Part shown: positions 33,601 to 54,000 of the stretch, piece after piece
Position numbering within the stretch: position 1 is the first letter of the stretch
Layout of the letters: every line of letters begins with the position of its first letter
Source of the DNA: the human T2T-CHM13v2.0 reference genome, Homo sapiens
DNA length: 64,000 bases
Assembly: GCF_009914755.1 (NCBI RefSeq)
Contig: NC_060938.1
Direction: 5' to 3' (one strand)
Translations under genes and position numbers: made by a program
Notes under the pieces: model-generated
What the model saw: only the letters and a program-made list of their open reading frames with translations
Database searches by the model: none
Told to the model about the DNA's origin: nothing

Positions 33601-36600
33601 TGTCTAGGCTCTGCCTACAGGGGGCTTGTGACATATCTCTGTACTGATAACCCAGGTGATATAATTCTTCTCTACGACCTGCCTACAGGGTGCTTTGTGA
33701 CTTATCCCTGCAATGATCACCCAGCTGATACACTCTTGTCAAGGTTTGCCTACAGGGGCATTGTGATGTGTCTCTGCACTGATCACCTAGGTCATGTAAC
33801 TCTTGTCTAGGCTCTGCCTACAGTGGCATTGTGACATATATCTGTACTGATCACCCAGGTGATGTAACTTTATTCTAGGATCCGCATACAGGGTGCTCTG
33901 TGACATATCCCTGCAATGATCACCCTGGTGATGTACCACTTGTCAAGGCTCTGCTTACAATGACATTGCGTTGTATCTCTACACTGATCACCTAGGTAAT
34001 GTAACTCTTGTCTAGGCTGTGCCTACAGTGGCATTGTGACATATCTCTGCACTGATCATCCAAGTGATGTAACTCTTGTCTAGGATCTGCCTAAATGGAC
34101 TTTGTGACATAACTCTGCAATGATCATCCAGGTGATGGGGCTTTTGTCTATGCTCTGCCTAAGGGGGCATTGTGACATATTTCTGCACTGATCACGCAGG
34201 TGACGGATTCAGGTCTTGGATCTGGCTATGGGGGCTTTGTTATATATCTCTGCACTGATCATGTAGGTGATGTTACTCTTGCTTACGCTCTGCCTGCAGG
34301 GGCATTGTGAAATATCTCTGCAATGATCACCCAGGTGATGGGACTCTTCTCTAGGCTTTGCCTACTGGGGGCATTGTCACATATTTCTGCACTGATCACC
34401 GAGGTGATGGACTCTTGTCTTGGATTTGCCTATGGGGACATTGTGACATACCTCTGCACTGATCACCCAAGTGATGTAACTCTGATCTAAGCTCTGACTA
34501 AAGGGGCATTGTGACAGATCTCTGCACTGATCACTCAGCTGATGTAACTATTGTCTAGGCTCTGCTTAAAGGGGCCTTGTCACATATCTCTGCACTGATC
34601 ACCCAGGTGATGTAACCCTTGTCTAGGCTCTGCTTACACGGGGTATTGTGACATGTCTCTGCACTGAATACCTAAGTGATGTAACTCTAGTGTAGGATCT
34701 GCCTATAGGGGCATTTTAACATATCTCTGCACTGTTAAACGAGGTGATGTAACTCTTGTCTAGGCTGTGCCCACAGGGCGATTGAGACATATCTCTGCAC
34801 TTAACCTGAGGTGATCCAACTCTTGCCTGGTCTCTGCCTACTGGGAACATTGTGACATATCTCTGCACTGATCTCCCTGGTGCTATAAATTTAGTATAGG
34901 CTCAGGCTACATGGCATTGTGACATATCACTGCACTGATCACACAGGTGATATAACTCTTGTCTAGGCTCTGCCTACAGGGGGCCTGTGACATATCTCTG
35001 CCCTGATCACCCAGGTGATATAACTCTTCTCTAGGATCTGCCTACAGGGCTCATTGGGACATATCTCTGCAATGATCACCCAGGTGTTGTACCACTTGTC
35101 AAGGCTCTGCCTACACGGACATTGCGATGTACCTCAGCACTGATCACCTAGGTCATGTAACTCTTTTCTAGACTCTGCCTACAGTGGCATTGTGACATAT
35201 CACTGCACTGATCATCCAAGTGATGTAACTCTTGTCTAGGATCTGCCTAAAGGGACTTTGTGACATAACTCTGCACAGATCATGTAGGTGATGGCGCTTT
35301 TGTCTAGGCTCTGCCTAAGTGGGCATTGTGACATATTTTTGCACTGATCACGCTGGTGACGGACTGTTGTCTTGGATCTGCCTGTGGGGGCACTGTGACA
35401 TATCTCTGCCCTGATCACCCAGGTGACGTAACAGTTGTATAAACTCTGTCTACAGGGGAATTGTGAGAGATCTCGCCATTGATCACCCAAATGATGTAAC
35501 TATTGTCTAGGCATTGCCTACAGAGGGCTTCGTGACATACCTTTGTACTGATCACTCAGGTGATGTAACTCATCTAAGTTCTGCCTACAGGAGCTTTGTG
35601 ACATATCTCTGCACTGATCACTTAGGTGATGTAACACTTTTATAACCACTGCCTACAGGGAATTTTGAAAAGTCTTTGCACTGATCACCTAGGTGATGTA
35701 ACTCTTTTCTACCCTCTGCCCAAAGGAGGCATTGGGAAATATATCTGGATTGATCACCCAGGTGATTCAACTCTTGTCTAGGATCTGCCTACAGGGGGTA
35801 TTGTGAAACATCTCTGCACTGATCAACTAGGTGATGTAACTCTTGTCTAGGCTCTGCCTACAGTGGCGTTTTCACATATCCCTGAGCTGATGACAAAGGT
35901 GATGTAACTCTTCTCTACACTCTGCCAACAGGAGCGTTTTCATATATCCCTGAACTGATGACAAAGGTGATGTAACTCTTGTCTAGGCTTTGCCTACAGG
36001 GGACATTGTGACATATCTGTGCACTGATCACCCAGGTGATACAACTCTTCTCTATGCTCTGCATACAGGGGGCATTGTGACATATCTCTGCACTGATCAC
36101 CCAGGTGATGTAACTCTTTTCTAGTCTCTGCCTAAGGAGTGCGTTGTGACATCATTCTGCACGGATCACCCGGATTATGTAAATCTTGTCTAGGCTCGGC
36201 CTATGGGGGCATTTTGAGTTATCTCTGCACTGATCACCAAGGAGATGTGACTCTTGTCTAAGCTCTGCCTAGAGGGATATTGGGACATATATCTGCACTG
36301 ATCGCTGAGGTGATTTAAAACGTGTCTAGGCTTTGCCTACAGTGGGATTTATGACATATAGCTGCACTGATCACCCAGGTGATGTAACTCTTGTCTAGGC
36401 TCTGCTTACAGGGGGTATTGTGAGATATCTCTGCTCTGATCACCCAGGTAATGTAACTCTGGTCTAGGCTTTGCCTACAGGAGCATTTTAACATATAACT
36501 GCACTGATCACCAAGATGATGTGACTCTTTTATAGGCTTCACCGACAGGGTCATTGAGACATATCTCTGCACTGATCACCGAGGTGATGCAACTCTTGTC

Positions 36601-38327
36601 TGGGATCTGCTTACAGGGGGCTTTGTGACATATTTCTGCACTGATCACCCTGGTGATGTAACTCTTGTTTAGGCTCTGCCTATAGGGGCTTTGTGACATA
36701 TCTCTGCACTGATCACCAAGGTGATGTAACTCTTGTCTAGGCTCCACCTACAGGGGGTATTGTGACGTATCTCTGCACCGATCACCCAAGTGATGTAACT
36801 CTTGTCTAGGCTCCGTCTACAGGGTGTATTGTGACGTGTCTCTGCACTTATCACCCAGGTGATGTAACATTTATCTAGGCTCTGCCTACTGGGACGTTTT
36901 TACATAGCTCTGAACAGATCACCTAAGTTATGTAACTCTTGTCTACCCTGTGCCTACAGGGGGCATTGTGAAATATCTCTGCACTGATCACCCAGGTGAT
37001 GGGACTCTTCTCTATACTCTGCCTAGAGGGGGACTTGTGACATATCTCTGCACTGATCACCCAGTTGATGGAAGTCTTGTCTAGGCTCTGTCTATGGGGG
37101 CATTGTGTCAAATATCTCTGCACTGATCACCCAGGTGATGGGGCTCTTCTCTATACTCTGCCTAGAGGGGAATTTGTGACATATCTCTGCAATGATCACC
37201 CAGGTGATGTAACTCTTGTCTAGGCTCTGTCTACAGAGATTTTTGTGACATATCACTGCACTGATCACCTAGGCGATGTAAGCGTTTAGTGGGCTTTGCC
37301 TACAGAAGGCTTTGTGACATATCTACGCACTGATCTCTGAGGTGATGCAACTCTTGTCTAGGCACTGCCTACAGGGGAGATTGATACATATCTCTGCATG
37401 GATCATCCAGGTGATGGACTCTTGTCTTAGATCTGCCTGCATTGACATTGTGACACATCTCTGAAGTGATCAACCATGTGATGAAACTCTTGTCCAGGCT
37501 CTGCCTACAGGGGCTTTGTGACACATCTCTGCACTGATCACTCTGGGGAGGGAACTCTTGTCTATGCTCTGCCTACAGGAGTCTTTATGAGTTATACCTA
37601 CACTGATAACCTAGGTGATGTAACACTTGTCTAGACTCTGCCTACACGGGAATTCTCACATATCTCTGCATTGATCACCCAGTTGATGTAACTCATTTCT
37701 AGGTTCAGCCTACAGGAGCGTTTTTACATATCTCTGCACTGATCACCCAGGTGATGTAACCCTTGTCTAAGCTCTACCTACAGGGGCATTGTGACAGATC
37801 TCTCCACTGCTCACCCAGGTGATGTAACAATTGTCTGCGCTTTGCCTACAGGGGGCTTTGTGATATACATTTGCACTGATCAAACAGGTGATGTAACCCT
37901 TGTCAAGGTTCTGCTTATAGTGGCTTTGTGACATATCTCTGCACTGATCACCCCAGGGAGGAAACACTTGTCTACACTCCACCTACAGGAGGCTTTACGA
38001 CTTATCCCTGCACTGATCCCTAGGTGATGTCACACTTGTCTAGGCCCTGTCTACACGGGAATTTTCACATATCTCTGCACTGATCACCTCAGTTTTGTAA
38101 CGCTTGTCTAGGTTCAGCCTACTGGGGATTTCTGACATACCTATGCACTGAACACCGAGGTTACGTAAATCATTTCCAGGCCTTTTGTACAGGGGACATT
38201 GTGATATATCTCTGCACTGATCACCCAAATGATGCAAATTTTCTCTAGGCTCCGCAGGGAGGGGGCATTGTGACATAATTCTGAACTGATCATCCAGGAT
38301 ATGTAACTATTCTATGGGCTTTGACTA
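30635..38327 (-). repeat. Beta-satellite spacer S3 (~7.7 kb)
   Basis: Continuous 68-bp monomers. Confidence 0.97.
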
Positions 38328-41094
<2,767 letters not shown>

Positions 41095-44000
41095 TGACAC
41101 ATCTCTGAACTGATCAACAAAGTGATGTAACCCTTGTCTAGGGTCTGCCTACAGGGACTTTGTGACATATTTCTGCGATGATAACCCAGCTGATGGGACT
41201 TTCCTCTAGGCTCTGCCTATGGGGGCATTGTGACATATCTCTACACTGATCACACAGGTGATGTAACTCTTGTGTTGGATCTGCCTATGGGGGTATTGTG
41301 ACATATTTCTGCACTGATCACCCAGGTGATGGGACTCTTGTCTAGGCTCTGTGTATGGGGGCTTTGTGACATATCTGCACTGATCACCCAGGTGATGTAA
41401 CGCTTGACTAGGCTCTGCCTACGGGGCATAGGGTCATATCACTGCATGGATCACCGTGGTGATGTAACCCTTGTCCATGCTCTTCGTATAGGGGGCCTTG
41501 AGACATATCTCTGCACTGATCATCTAGGTGATGTAACACTTGCTTATGCTCTGCCTGCAGGGGCATTGTGAAATATCTCTGCACTGATCATCCAGGTGAT
41601 GGCACTCTTCTCTAGGCTCTGCCTACTGGGGGCATTGTCACATATTTCTGCACTGATTCCCCAGGTGACGGTATATTTTACTGGATTTGCCTATAGGGGC
41701 ATTGTGAGATATCTCTGCACTGATCACCCAGGTAATGTAACACTGGTCTAAGCTCTGCCTAAAGGGGCATTGTGACAGATCTCTGCACTGAGCACTCAGG
41801 TGATGTGACTATTGTCTAGGCTCTGCTTAAAGGGGCTTTGTCACATATCTCTGCACTTATCACCCAGGTGATGTAACTCTTGTCTAGGTTCTGCTTACAG
41901 GATGTATTGTGGCATATCTCAGCATTGATCACCTAAGTGAAGTAACACTCGTGTAGGCTCTGCCTACAGGGGCATTTTGACATATCTCTGCACTGTTAAC
42001 TGAGGTGTTGTAACTCTTCTCTAGGCTGTGCCCACAGGGGGATTGAGACATATTCTGCACTGATTCCTAGGTGATGCAACTCTTGCCTGGTCTCTGCCTA
42101 CTGGGGACATTGTGACATATCTCTGCACTGATCTCCCAGGTGCTCTAAATTTTGTCTAGGCTGCGCCTACACGTCATTGTGACATATCACTGCACTTATG
42201 ACCCAGGTGATATAACTCTTATCTAGGCTCTGCCTACAGTGGCATTGTGACATATCTCTGCACTGATCATACAGGTGATGTAACTCTTTTCTAGGATCTG
42301 CCTACAGGGTGCTTTGTGACATATTCCTGCAACGATCACCCAGGTGATGTACCAATTGTCACGGCTATGCCTACAGGGACATTACTATGTATGTCTGCAC
42401 TGATCACCTAGGTCATGTAACTCTTGTCGAGGCTCTGCCTACAGTGACATTGTGACATATCTCTGCAATGATCATCCAAGTGATGTAACCCATGTCTAGG
42501 ATCTGCCTAAAGTGACTTTGTGACATAACTCTGCACTGATCATCCAGGTAATGGGGCTTTTGTCTCAGCTCTGCCTAAGGGGGCACTGTGACATATTTCT
42601 GCACGGATCACCCAGGTGACGGACTCTTGTCTTGGATCTGCCTATGGGGGCATTGGGACATATGTATGCAATGATCACCCCGGGGATGTAACTGTTGTAG
42701 AAGCTCTGCCTACAGGGGAATTGTGAGAGAACTCGCCACTGATCACCCAAGTGATGTAACTATTGTCTAGGCTTTGCCTACAGGGGGCTTTGTGACATAC
42801 CTTTGCAGTGATAACCCAGGTGATGTAACTCATCTACAGGAGCTTTGTGACATATCTCTGCACTGATCACTTTGGAGATGTAACACTTTTATAAGCTCTG
42901 CCTACAGGGAATTTTGACAAATCTCTGCACTGATCACCTAGGTGATGTAACTCTTGTCTGCCCTCTACCCAAAGGGGGCATTGGGAAATATCTCTGCACT
43001 GATCACCCACGTGATTCAACTCTGGTCTAGGACCTGCCTACAGGGGGTATTGTGAAATATCTCTGCACTGATCAACTAGGTGATGTAACCCTTGTCTATA
43101 TTCTGCCTACAGGGGCGTTTTCACATATCCCTGAACTGATGACAAAGGTGATGTAACTCTTGCCTAGGCTTTGCCAACAGGGGACATTGTGACATATCTC
43201 TGCACTGACCACCCAGGTGATGCAACTCTTCTCTGTGCTCTGCCTACAGGAGGCATTGTGACATATCTCTGCACTGATCACCGAGGTGATGCAACTCTTG
43301 TGTGGGATGTGCTTACAAGGGGCATTGTGACATATCTCTGCCCTGATCACCCAGGTAATGTAACTCTTGTCTAGGCTCTGCTTACTGGAGACATTGTGAA
43401 AAATCTCCGCACTGATCACCCAGGTGATGTCACTTTTGTCAAGGATATGGCTATAGGGGCATTGTGACATGTCACTGCACTGATCACACAGCTGATGTAA
43501 CTCTTGTCTAGGCTCTGGCTACAGGGGGCTTGAGACACATCTCTGCACTGATCACCCAGGTGATGTAACCATTGTCTAGGCTCTGCCAAATGGGGCATTG
43601 TGACATAACTCTGCACTGATCACGCAGGTGATGGGACCCTTGTCTACAATGCCTACAGGGGCATTGTGATATATCTCTGCAGTGATCATGCAGGTGAAGT
43701 AACTCTTGTCTATATCTGCCTGCTGGAGGCATTGTGGAATATATCTGCACTGATCACCCAGGTGATGGACTCTATTCTTGGATCTGCCTATGGGGGCATA
43801 GTGACATATCTCTGCCCTGATCTCTCATGTGATGTAACGCTTGTCTAAGCTGCGCCTAAAGGGGAATTGTGACAGATATCTCCACTGATAACCCAGGTGA
43901 TGTAACAATTTTCTGGGATTTGTCTACAGGGTCTTTGTGACATAACTTTGCACTGATCAGCATGGTGATGTAACAACTCTTGTCTAGGCTCGGCCTACAG

Positions 44001-47000
44001 GGGCTTTGTGACATATTTCTGCACTGATCAACCAAGTGATGTAACTCTTGTTTCGGCTGTGCCTGCAGGGGCTTTGTGACATATATCTATACTGATCACC
44101 CAGGTGATGTAACTCTTCTCTAGGCTCCACCTACAGGGGCTATTTTGACGTATCTCTGCACTGATCACCCAGGTGATTTAACTTTGTCTAGGCTCCACAT
44201 ACAGGGGGTATTGTGACGTATCTCAGCACTGATCATCGAGGTGATGTAACATTTATCTAGGCTCCGCCTACATGGGCGTTTTGACATAGCTCTGCACAGA
44301 TCACCTAGGTTATGTAACTCTTGTGCACTCTCTGCCTACAGGGGGCATTGTGAATTATCTCTGCACTGATCACCCAGGTGATGGGACTCTTCTCCATACT
44401 CTGCCTAGAGGGCGAAATGTTACATATCTCTTCACTGATCCCCCAGATGATGGAATTCTTGTCTAGACTCTGTCTATGGGGGTAGTGGGTCAAATATCTG
44501 CACTGATCACCCAGGTGATGTAACTCTTTTCTAGGCTCTGTCTACAGGGATTTTTGTGACATATCACTGCACTCATCACCTAGGTGATGTAAGCGTTGTA
44601 TGGGCTTTTCCTACAGAAGGCTTTGTGACATATCTATGCACTGATCTCTGAGGTGATGCAACTCTTGTCTATGCACTGCCTACAGGGGACATTGGTACAT
44701 ATCTCTTCACTGATCACCCAGGTGATGGACCCTTGTCTTAGATCTGCCATCATGGACATTTTGACACATCTCTGAACTGATCAACCAAGTGATGAAACTC
44801 TTGTCTAGGCTCTGCCTTCAGGAGCTTTGTGACACATCTCTGCACTGATCACCCTGGGGAGGGAACTCTTGTTAAGGCTCTGCCTATAGGAGGCTTTATG
44901 ACTTACACCTGCACTGATAACCTAGGTCATGTAACACTTGTCTAGGCTCTGCCTACCCGGGAATTCTCACATATCTCTGCACTCATCACCCAGGTGACGG
45001 ACTCTTGTCTTGGATCTGCCTATGGGGGCATTGTGACATATCTCTGCACTGATCACCCAGGTGATGGAACTGTTGTATAAGCTCTGCCTACAGGGGAATT
45101 GGGAGAGATCTCGCCACTGATCACCCAAGTGATGTAACTATTGTCTAGGCTTTGCCTACATGGGGCTTTTTGACATACATTTGCATAGATCACCCAGGTG
45201 ATGTAGCTCATCTAACTTCTGCCTAGAGGAGCTTTGTGACATATCTCTGCACTGATCACTTAGGTGATATAACACTTTTATAAGCACAGCCTACAGGGAA
45301 ATTTGACAAATCTACGCACTGATCACTGACGTGATTTAACTCTTGTCTACCCTCTTCCCAAAGGGGGCATTGTGAAATATCTCTGCACTGATCACCCAGG
45401 TGATTCAACTCTTGTCTAGTATCTGCCTACAGGGGGTATTGTGAAATATCTCTGCACTGATAAACTAGGTGATGTAAGTAGTGCCTAGGCTCTGCTTTCA
45501 GGGGCGTTTTCACATATCCCTGAACTGATGACAATGGTGATGTAACTCTTGCCTAGGCTTTGCCTACAGGGGACATTGTGACATATCTCTGCACTGATCA
45601 CCCAGGTGATGCAACTCTTCTCTATGCTCTGCCTACAGGGGACATTGTCACATATCTCTGCACTGATCACCCAGGTGATGTAACTCTTTTCTAGTCTCTG
45701 CCTACAGAGGGCGTTGTGACATCACTCTGCACGGATCACCCGGGTTATGTAACTCTTGTCTAGGCTCTGCCTATGGGGGTATTGTGACTTACCTCTGCAA
45801 TGATCACCCAGGAGTTGTGACTCTTGTCTGAGCTTTGCCGAGAGGGACATTGGGACATATGTCTGCACTGATCGCTGAGGTGATGTACAACTTGTCTAGG
45901 CTTGGCAAACAGTGGGATTTATGACATATCTCTGCACTGATCACCCAGGTGGTGTAATTCTTGTCTAGGCTCTGCTTACACGGGGTATTGTGAGATATCT
46001 CTGCACTGATCACCCAGGTGATGTAACTCTTGTCTAGGCTCTGCCTACAGGGGCATTTTAACATATCACTGCACTAACCACCGAGATGATGTAACTCTTG
46101 TATAGGCTTCGCAGACAGGGGGCATTGAGACATATCTCTGCACTGATGACCGAGGTGATGTAACTCTTGTCTGGGATCTGCTTACAGGGGGCATTCTGAC
46201 ATAACTCTGTCCTGATCACCCAGGTGATGTAACTCTTGTTTAGGCTCTGCCTACAGGGCCATTGTGCAATATCTCTGCAGTGATCATGCAGGTGATGTAA
46301 CTCTTGTCTATATCTGCCTACTGGCGGCATCATGGCATATTTCTGCACTGATCACCCACGTGATGGACACTTGTCTCGGATCTGCCTATGGGCCATAGTG
46401 ACATATCTCTGCACTGGTCACTCATGTGATGTAACGCTTGTGTAACCTGCGCCTAAAGGGGAATTGTGACAGATATCTCCAGTGATCACCCAGGTGATGT
46501 AACAATTTTCTGGGATTTGTCTACAGGGGGCTTTGTGACATATCTTCGCACTGATCACCCAGGAGATGTAACTGTTGTCTAGGCTCCGCATAAAGGGCTT
46601 TGTGTCATATTTCTGCACTGATCACCCAGGGGATGTAACTGTTCTTTAGGCTCTGCCTACAGGGGCTTTGTGATATATCTCTGCACTGATCACCCAGGTG
46701 ATGTAACTCTTGTCTAGGCTCCACCTACAAGGGGTATTGTGATGTATCTCTGCACTGAACACTGAGGTGATGTAACTGTTGTCTAGGCTACACCTACAGG
46801 GTGTATTGTGACGTATCTCTGCACTGATCACCCAGGTGATGTAACGTTTATCCAGGCTCTGACTACTGGGGCGTTTTGACATAGCTCTGCACAGATCACC
46901 TAGGTTATGTAACTCTTGTCCCCTCTCTGCCTACAGGGTGCATTGTGAAATATCTCTGCACTGATCACCCAGGTGATGGGACTCTTCTCTATACTCTGTC

Positions 47001-48234
47001 TGGAGGGGGATTTGTGATATATGTCTGCAATGATCACCCAGGTGATGGAAGTCTTGTTTAAGCTCTGTCTATAGGGGCATTGTGTCAAATATCTGCACTG
47101 ATCACCCAGGTGATGTAAGTCTTGTCTAGGCTCTGTCTACAGGGATTTTTGTGACATATCACTGCACTGATCACCTAGGTGATGTAAGCCTTGTATGGGC
47201 GTTGCCTACAGAACGCTTTGTGACATGTCTATGCACTGATCTCTGAGGTGATGCAACTCTTGTCTAGGCACTGCCTACAGGGGACATTGGTTAATATCTC
47301 TGCACTGATCACCCAGGTGATGGACACTTGTCTTAGATCTGCCTACATGGACATCGTGACACATCTCTGAACTGATCAACCATGTGATGAAACTCTTGTC
47401 TAGGATCTGCCTACAGGGGCTTTGTGACACATCTCTGCACTGATCACCCTGGGGAGGGAACTCTTTTCTACACTCTGCCTTCAGGAGTCTTTATGACTTA
47501 TACCTGCACTGATAACCTAGGTGATGTAACACTTGTCTAGACTCTGCCTACACGGGAATTCTCACATATCTCTGCACTGATAACCCAGTTGATGTAACTC
47601 CTGTCTAGGTACAGCCTTCAGGAGCGTTTTGACATATCTCTGCACTGATCACCCAGGTGATGTAACCCTCGTCTAAGCTCTGCCTACAGGGGCATTGTGA
47701 CAGATCTCTCCACTGCTCACCCAGGTGATGTAACAATTGTCTCGGCTTTGCCTACAGGGGGATTTGTGATGTACATTTCCACTGATCAAACAGCTGATGT
47801 AACCCTTGTCAATTTTCTGCTTACAGGGGCTTTGTGACATGTCTCTGCACTGATCACCTCAGGTAGGAAACACTTTTCTGCACTCCGCCTACAGGAGGCT
47901 TTACGACTTGTCCCTGCACTGATCACTAGGTGATGTAACACTTGTGTAGGCTCTGTCTACATGGGAATTTTCACATATCTCTACACTAATCCCCTAAGTG
48001 ATGTAACCCTTGTCTAGGTTCAGCCTACTGGGGATTTCTCACATACCTATGCACTGATCACTTAGGTGATGTAAATCATTTCCAGGCTTTTTGTACAGGG
48101 GACATTGTGATATATCTCTGCACTGATCACCCAAATGATGCAAATCTTCTCTATACTCCACAGGGAGGAGGCATTGTGACATATTTCTGAACTGATCATC
48201 TAGGAAGATGTAACTATTCTCCAGGCTTTGACTA
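41095..48234 (-). repeat. Beta-satellite spacer S4 (~7.1 kb)
   Basis: Continuous 68-bp monomers. Confidence 0.97.
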
Positions 48235-51003
<2,769 letters not shown>

Positions 51004-54000
51004 TGACACATCTCTGAACTGATCAAAAAAGTGATGTAACACTTGTCAAGGCTCTGCCTACAGAGGCTTTGAGATATTCTCTGCACTGATCACCCAGGTG
51101 ATGGGACTTGTGTCTAGGCTCTGCCTATGGGGGCATTGGGACATATCTCTACACTGATCACTCAGGTGATGTAACTCTTGTGTTGGATCTGCCTATGGAG
51201 GCATTGTGACATATTTCTGCTCTGATCATCCCGGTGATGGGACTCTTGCCTATGCTCTGTGTATGGGGGCTTTGTGACATAACTCTGCACTGATCACCCA
51301 GATGATGTAACGCTTGACTATGCTCTGCCTACGTGGCATAGTGACATATCACTGCATTGATCACCAAGGTGATGTAACTCTTGTCCAGGCTATGCCTATA
51401 GGGGTCCTTGTGACATATCTCTGCACTGATCATCTAGGTGACATAACTCTTGCTTATGCTCTGCCTGCAGGGGCATTGTGAAATATCTCTGCACTGATCA
51501 CCCAGGTGATGGGACTATCCTGTGGGCTCTGCCTACTTGGGGCTTTGTCACATATTTCTGCAATGAACACCCAGGTGACGGACTCTTGTCTTGTACTTGC
51601 CTATGGGGGCATTGTGACATATATCTGCACTGATCACCCAGGTGATGTAACTCTGGTCTAAGCTCTGCCTAAAGGGGTATGGTGAGAGATCTCTGCACTG
51701 ATCACTCTGGTTATGAAACTTTTTTCTAGGCACTGCTTAAAGGCGCCTTGTCACGTATGTCTGCACTGATCACCCAGGTGATGTAACACTTGTCTAGGCT
51801 CTGCTCACAGGGGGTATTGTGACATATCTCTGCAATGATCACCTAAGTCATGTAACACTTGTGTAGACTCTGCCTACAGGGGCATGTTGACAACTCTGCA
51901 CTGTTAACCGAGCTGATGTAACTCTTGTCTAGGATGTGCCCACAGGGGGATTGAGACATATCTCTGCACTTATCCCAAGGTGATCCAACTCTTGCCTGGT
52001 CTCTGCCTACAGGGGACGTTGTGACATACCTTTGCACTGATCTCCCAGGTGCTGTAACTTTAGTCAAGGCTCTGGCTACACGGCATTGTGATATATCACT
52101 GCACTGATCACCCAGGTGATATGTCTCTTGTCTAGGCTCCGCCTACAGGGGTCTTGTGACATATCTCTGCACTGATCACCCAGATGATATAACTTTTCTC
52201 TAGGATCTGCCTACAGGGTGCTTTGTGACATATCCCTGCAATGATCACCCAGGTGATATACCACTTGTAAAGGCTCTGCCTACAGGAGCATTTTGATGTA
52301 TCTCTGCACTGATCACCTAGGTCATGTAACACTTGTCTAGGTTTGCCTACAGTGACATTGTGACATATTTCTGCACTGATCACCTAGGTCATGTAACTCT
52401 TGTATAGGCTCTGCCTAAAGTGGCATTGTGACATATCTGTGCACTGATCAACCAGGTGATGTAACTATTTTCTAGGATCTGCCTACAGGGTGCTTTGTGA
52501 CATATCCCTGCAATGATCACCCAGGTGACGTAACACTTGTCAAGGCTCTGCCTACAGGGACATTGCGAGGTATCTCTGCACTGATCACCTAGGTCATGTA
52601 ACTCTTGTATAGGCTCTGCCTAAAGTGGCATTGTGACATACCTTTGCACTGATCACCCAGGTTACGTAACTCATCTAAGTTCTGCCTACAGGAGCTTTGT
52701 GACATATCTCTGCACTGATCACTAACGTGATGTAACACTTTTATAAGCACTGCCTACAGGGAATTTTGACAAATCTCTGCACTGATCACCTAGCTGATGT
52801 AACTCTTGTCTACCCTCTGCCAAAAGGGTTCATTGTGAAATATCTCTGCACTGATCACCCAGGTGATTCAACTCTTGTCTAGGATCTGCCTACAGGGGGT
52901 ATTGTGAGATATCTCTGCACTGATCAACTAGTTGATGTAAATAGTGTCTAGGCTCTGCCTACCGGGGCGTTTTAACATGTCACTGAATTGATGACAAAGG
53001 TGATGTAACACTTGCCTAGGCTTTGCCTACAGGGGACATTGTGACATACCTCTGCAGTGATCACCCAGGTGATGCATCTCTTCTCTATGCTCTGCCTACA
53101 GGGGACATTGCGACATATCTCTGCACTGATCACCCAGGTGATGCGACTCTTCTCTATGCTCTGCCTACAGGGGGCATTGTGATGTAACTCTGCACTGATC
53201 ACCCAGGTGATGTAACTGTTTTTTGTCTCTGCCTACAGAGGGCGTTGTGACATCACTCTGCACTGATCACCCGGGATATGTTACTGTAGGCTCTGCCTAC
53301 GGGGTCACTGTGACTTATCTCTGCACTGATCACCCAGGAGATGTGACACTTGACTAAGCTCTTCCTAGAGGGACATTGGGACACATCTCTGCACTGGTCG
53401 CTGAGGTGATGTAAAACTTGTCTAGGCTTTATGTACAGTGGTATTTATGACATATCTCTGCATTGATCACCCAGGTGATGTAACTCTTGTCTAGGCTCTG
53501 CTTACAGGTGGTATTGTGACATATCTCTGCACTGATCACCCAGGAGATGTAACTCTTGTCTGGGCTCTGCCTACAGGGGCATTTTAACATATCACTGCAC
53601 TGATCACCGAGATGATGTAACTCTTGCATAGGCTTCACGGACAGGGGGCATTGAGACATATCTCTGCACTGATCACCGAGGTGATGCAACTCTTGTCTGG
53701 GATCTGCTTACAGGGGGCATTGTGACATATCTCTGCCCTGATCACCCAGGCAATGTAACTCTTGTCTAGGCTCTGTCTACTGGAGACATTGTGTCATATC
53801 TCCTCACTGATCACCCAGGTGATGTCACTTTTCTCAGGGATATGGCTACAAGGACATTGTGACATGTCACTGCACAGATCACACAGCTGATGTAACAGTT
53901 TTCTAGGCTCTGGCTACAGGGTGCTTGTGACACATCTCTGCACTGATCACCCATGTGATGTAACCCTTGTCTAGGCTCTGCCAAAAGTCGGCATTGTGAC

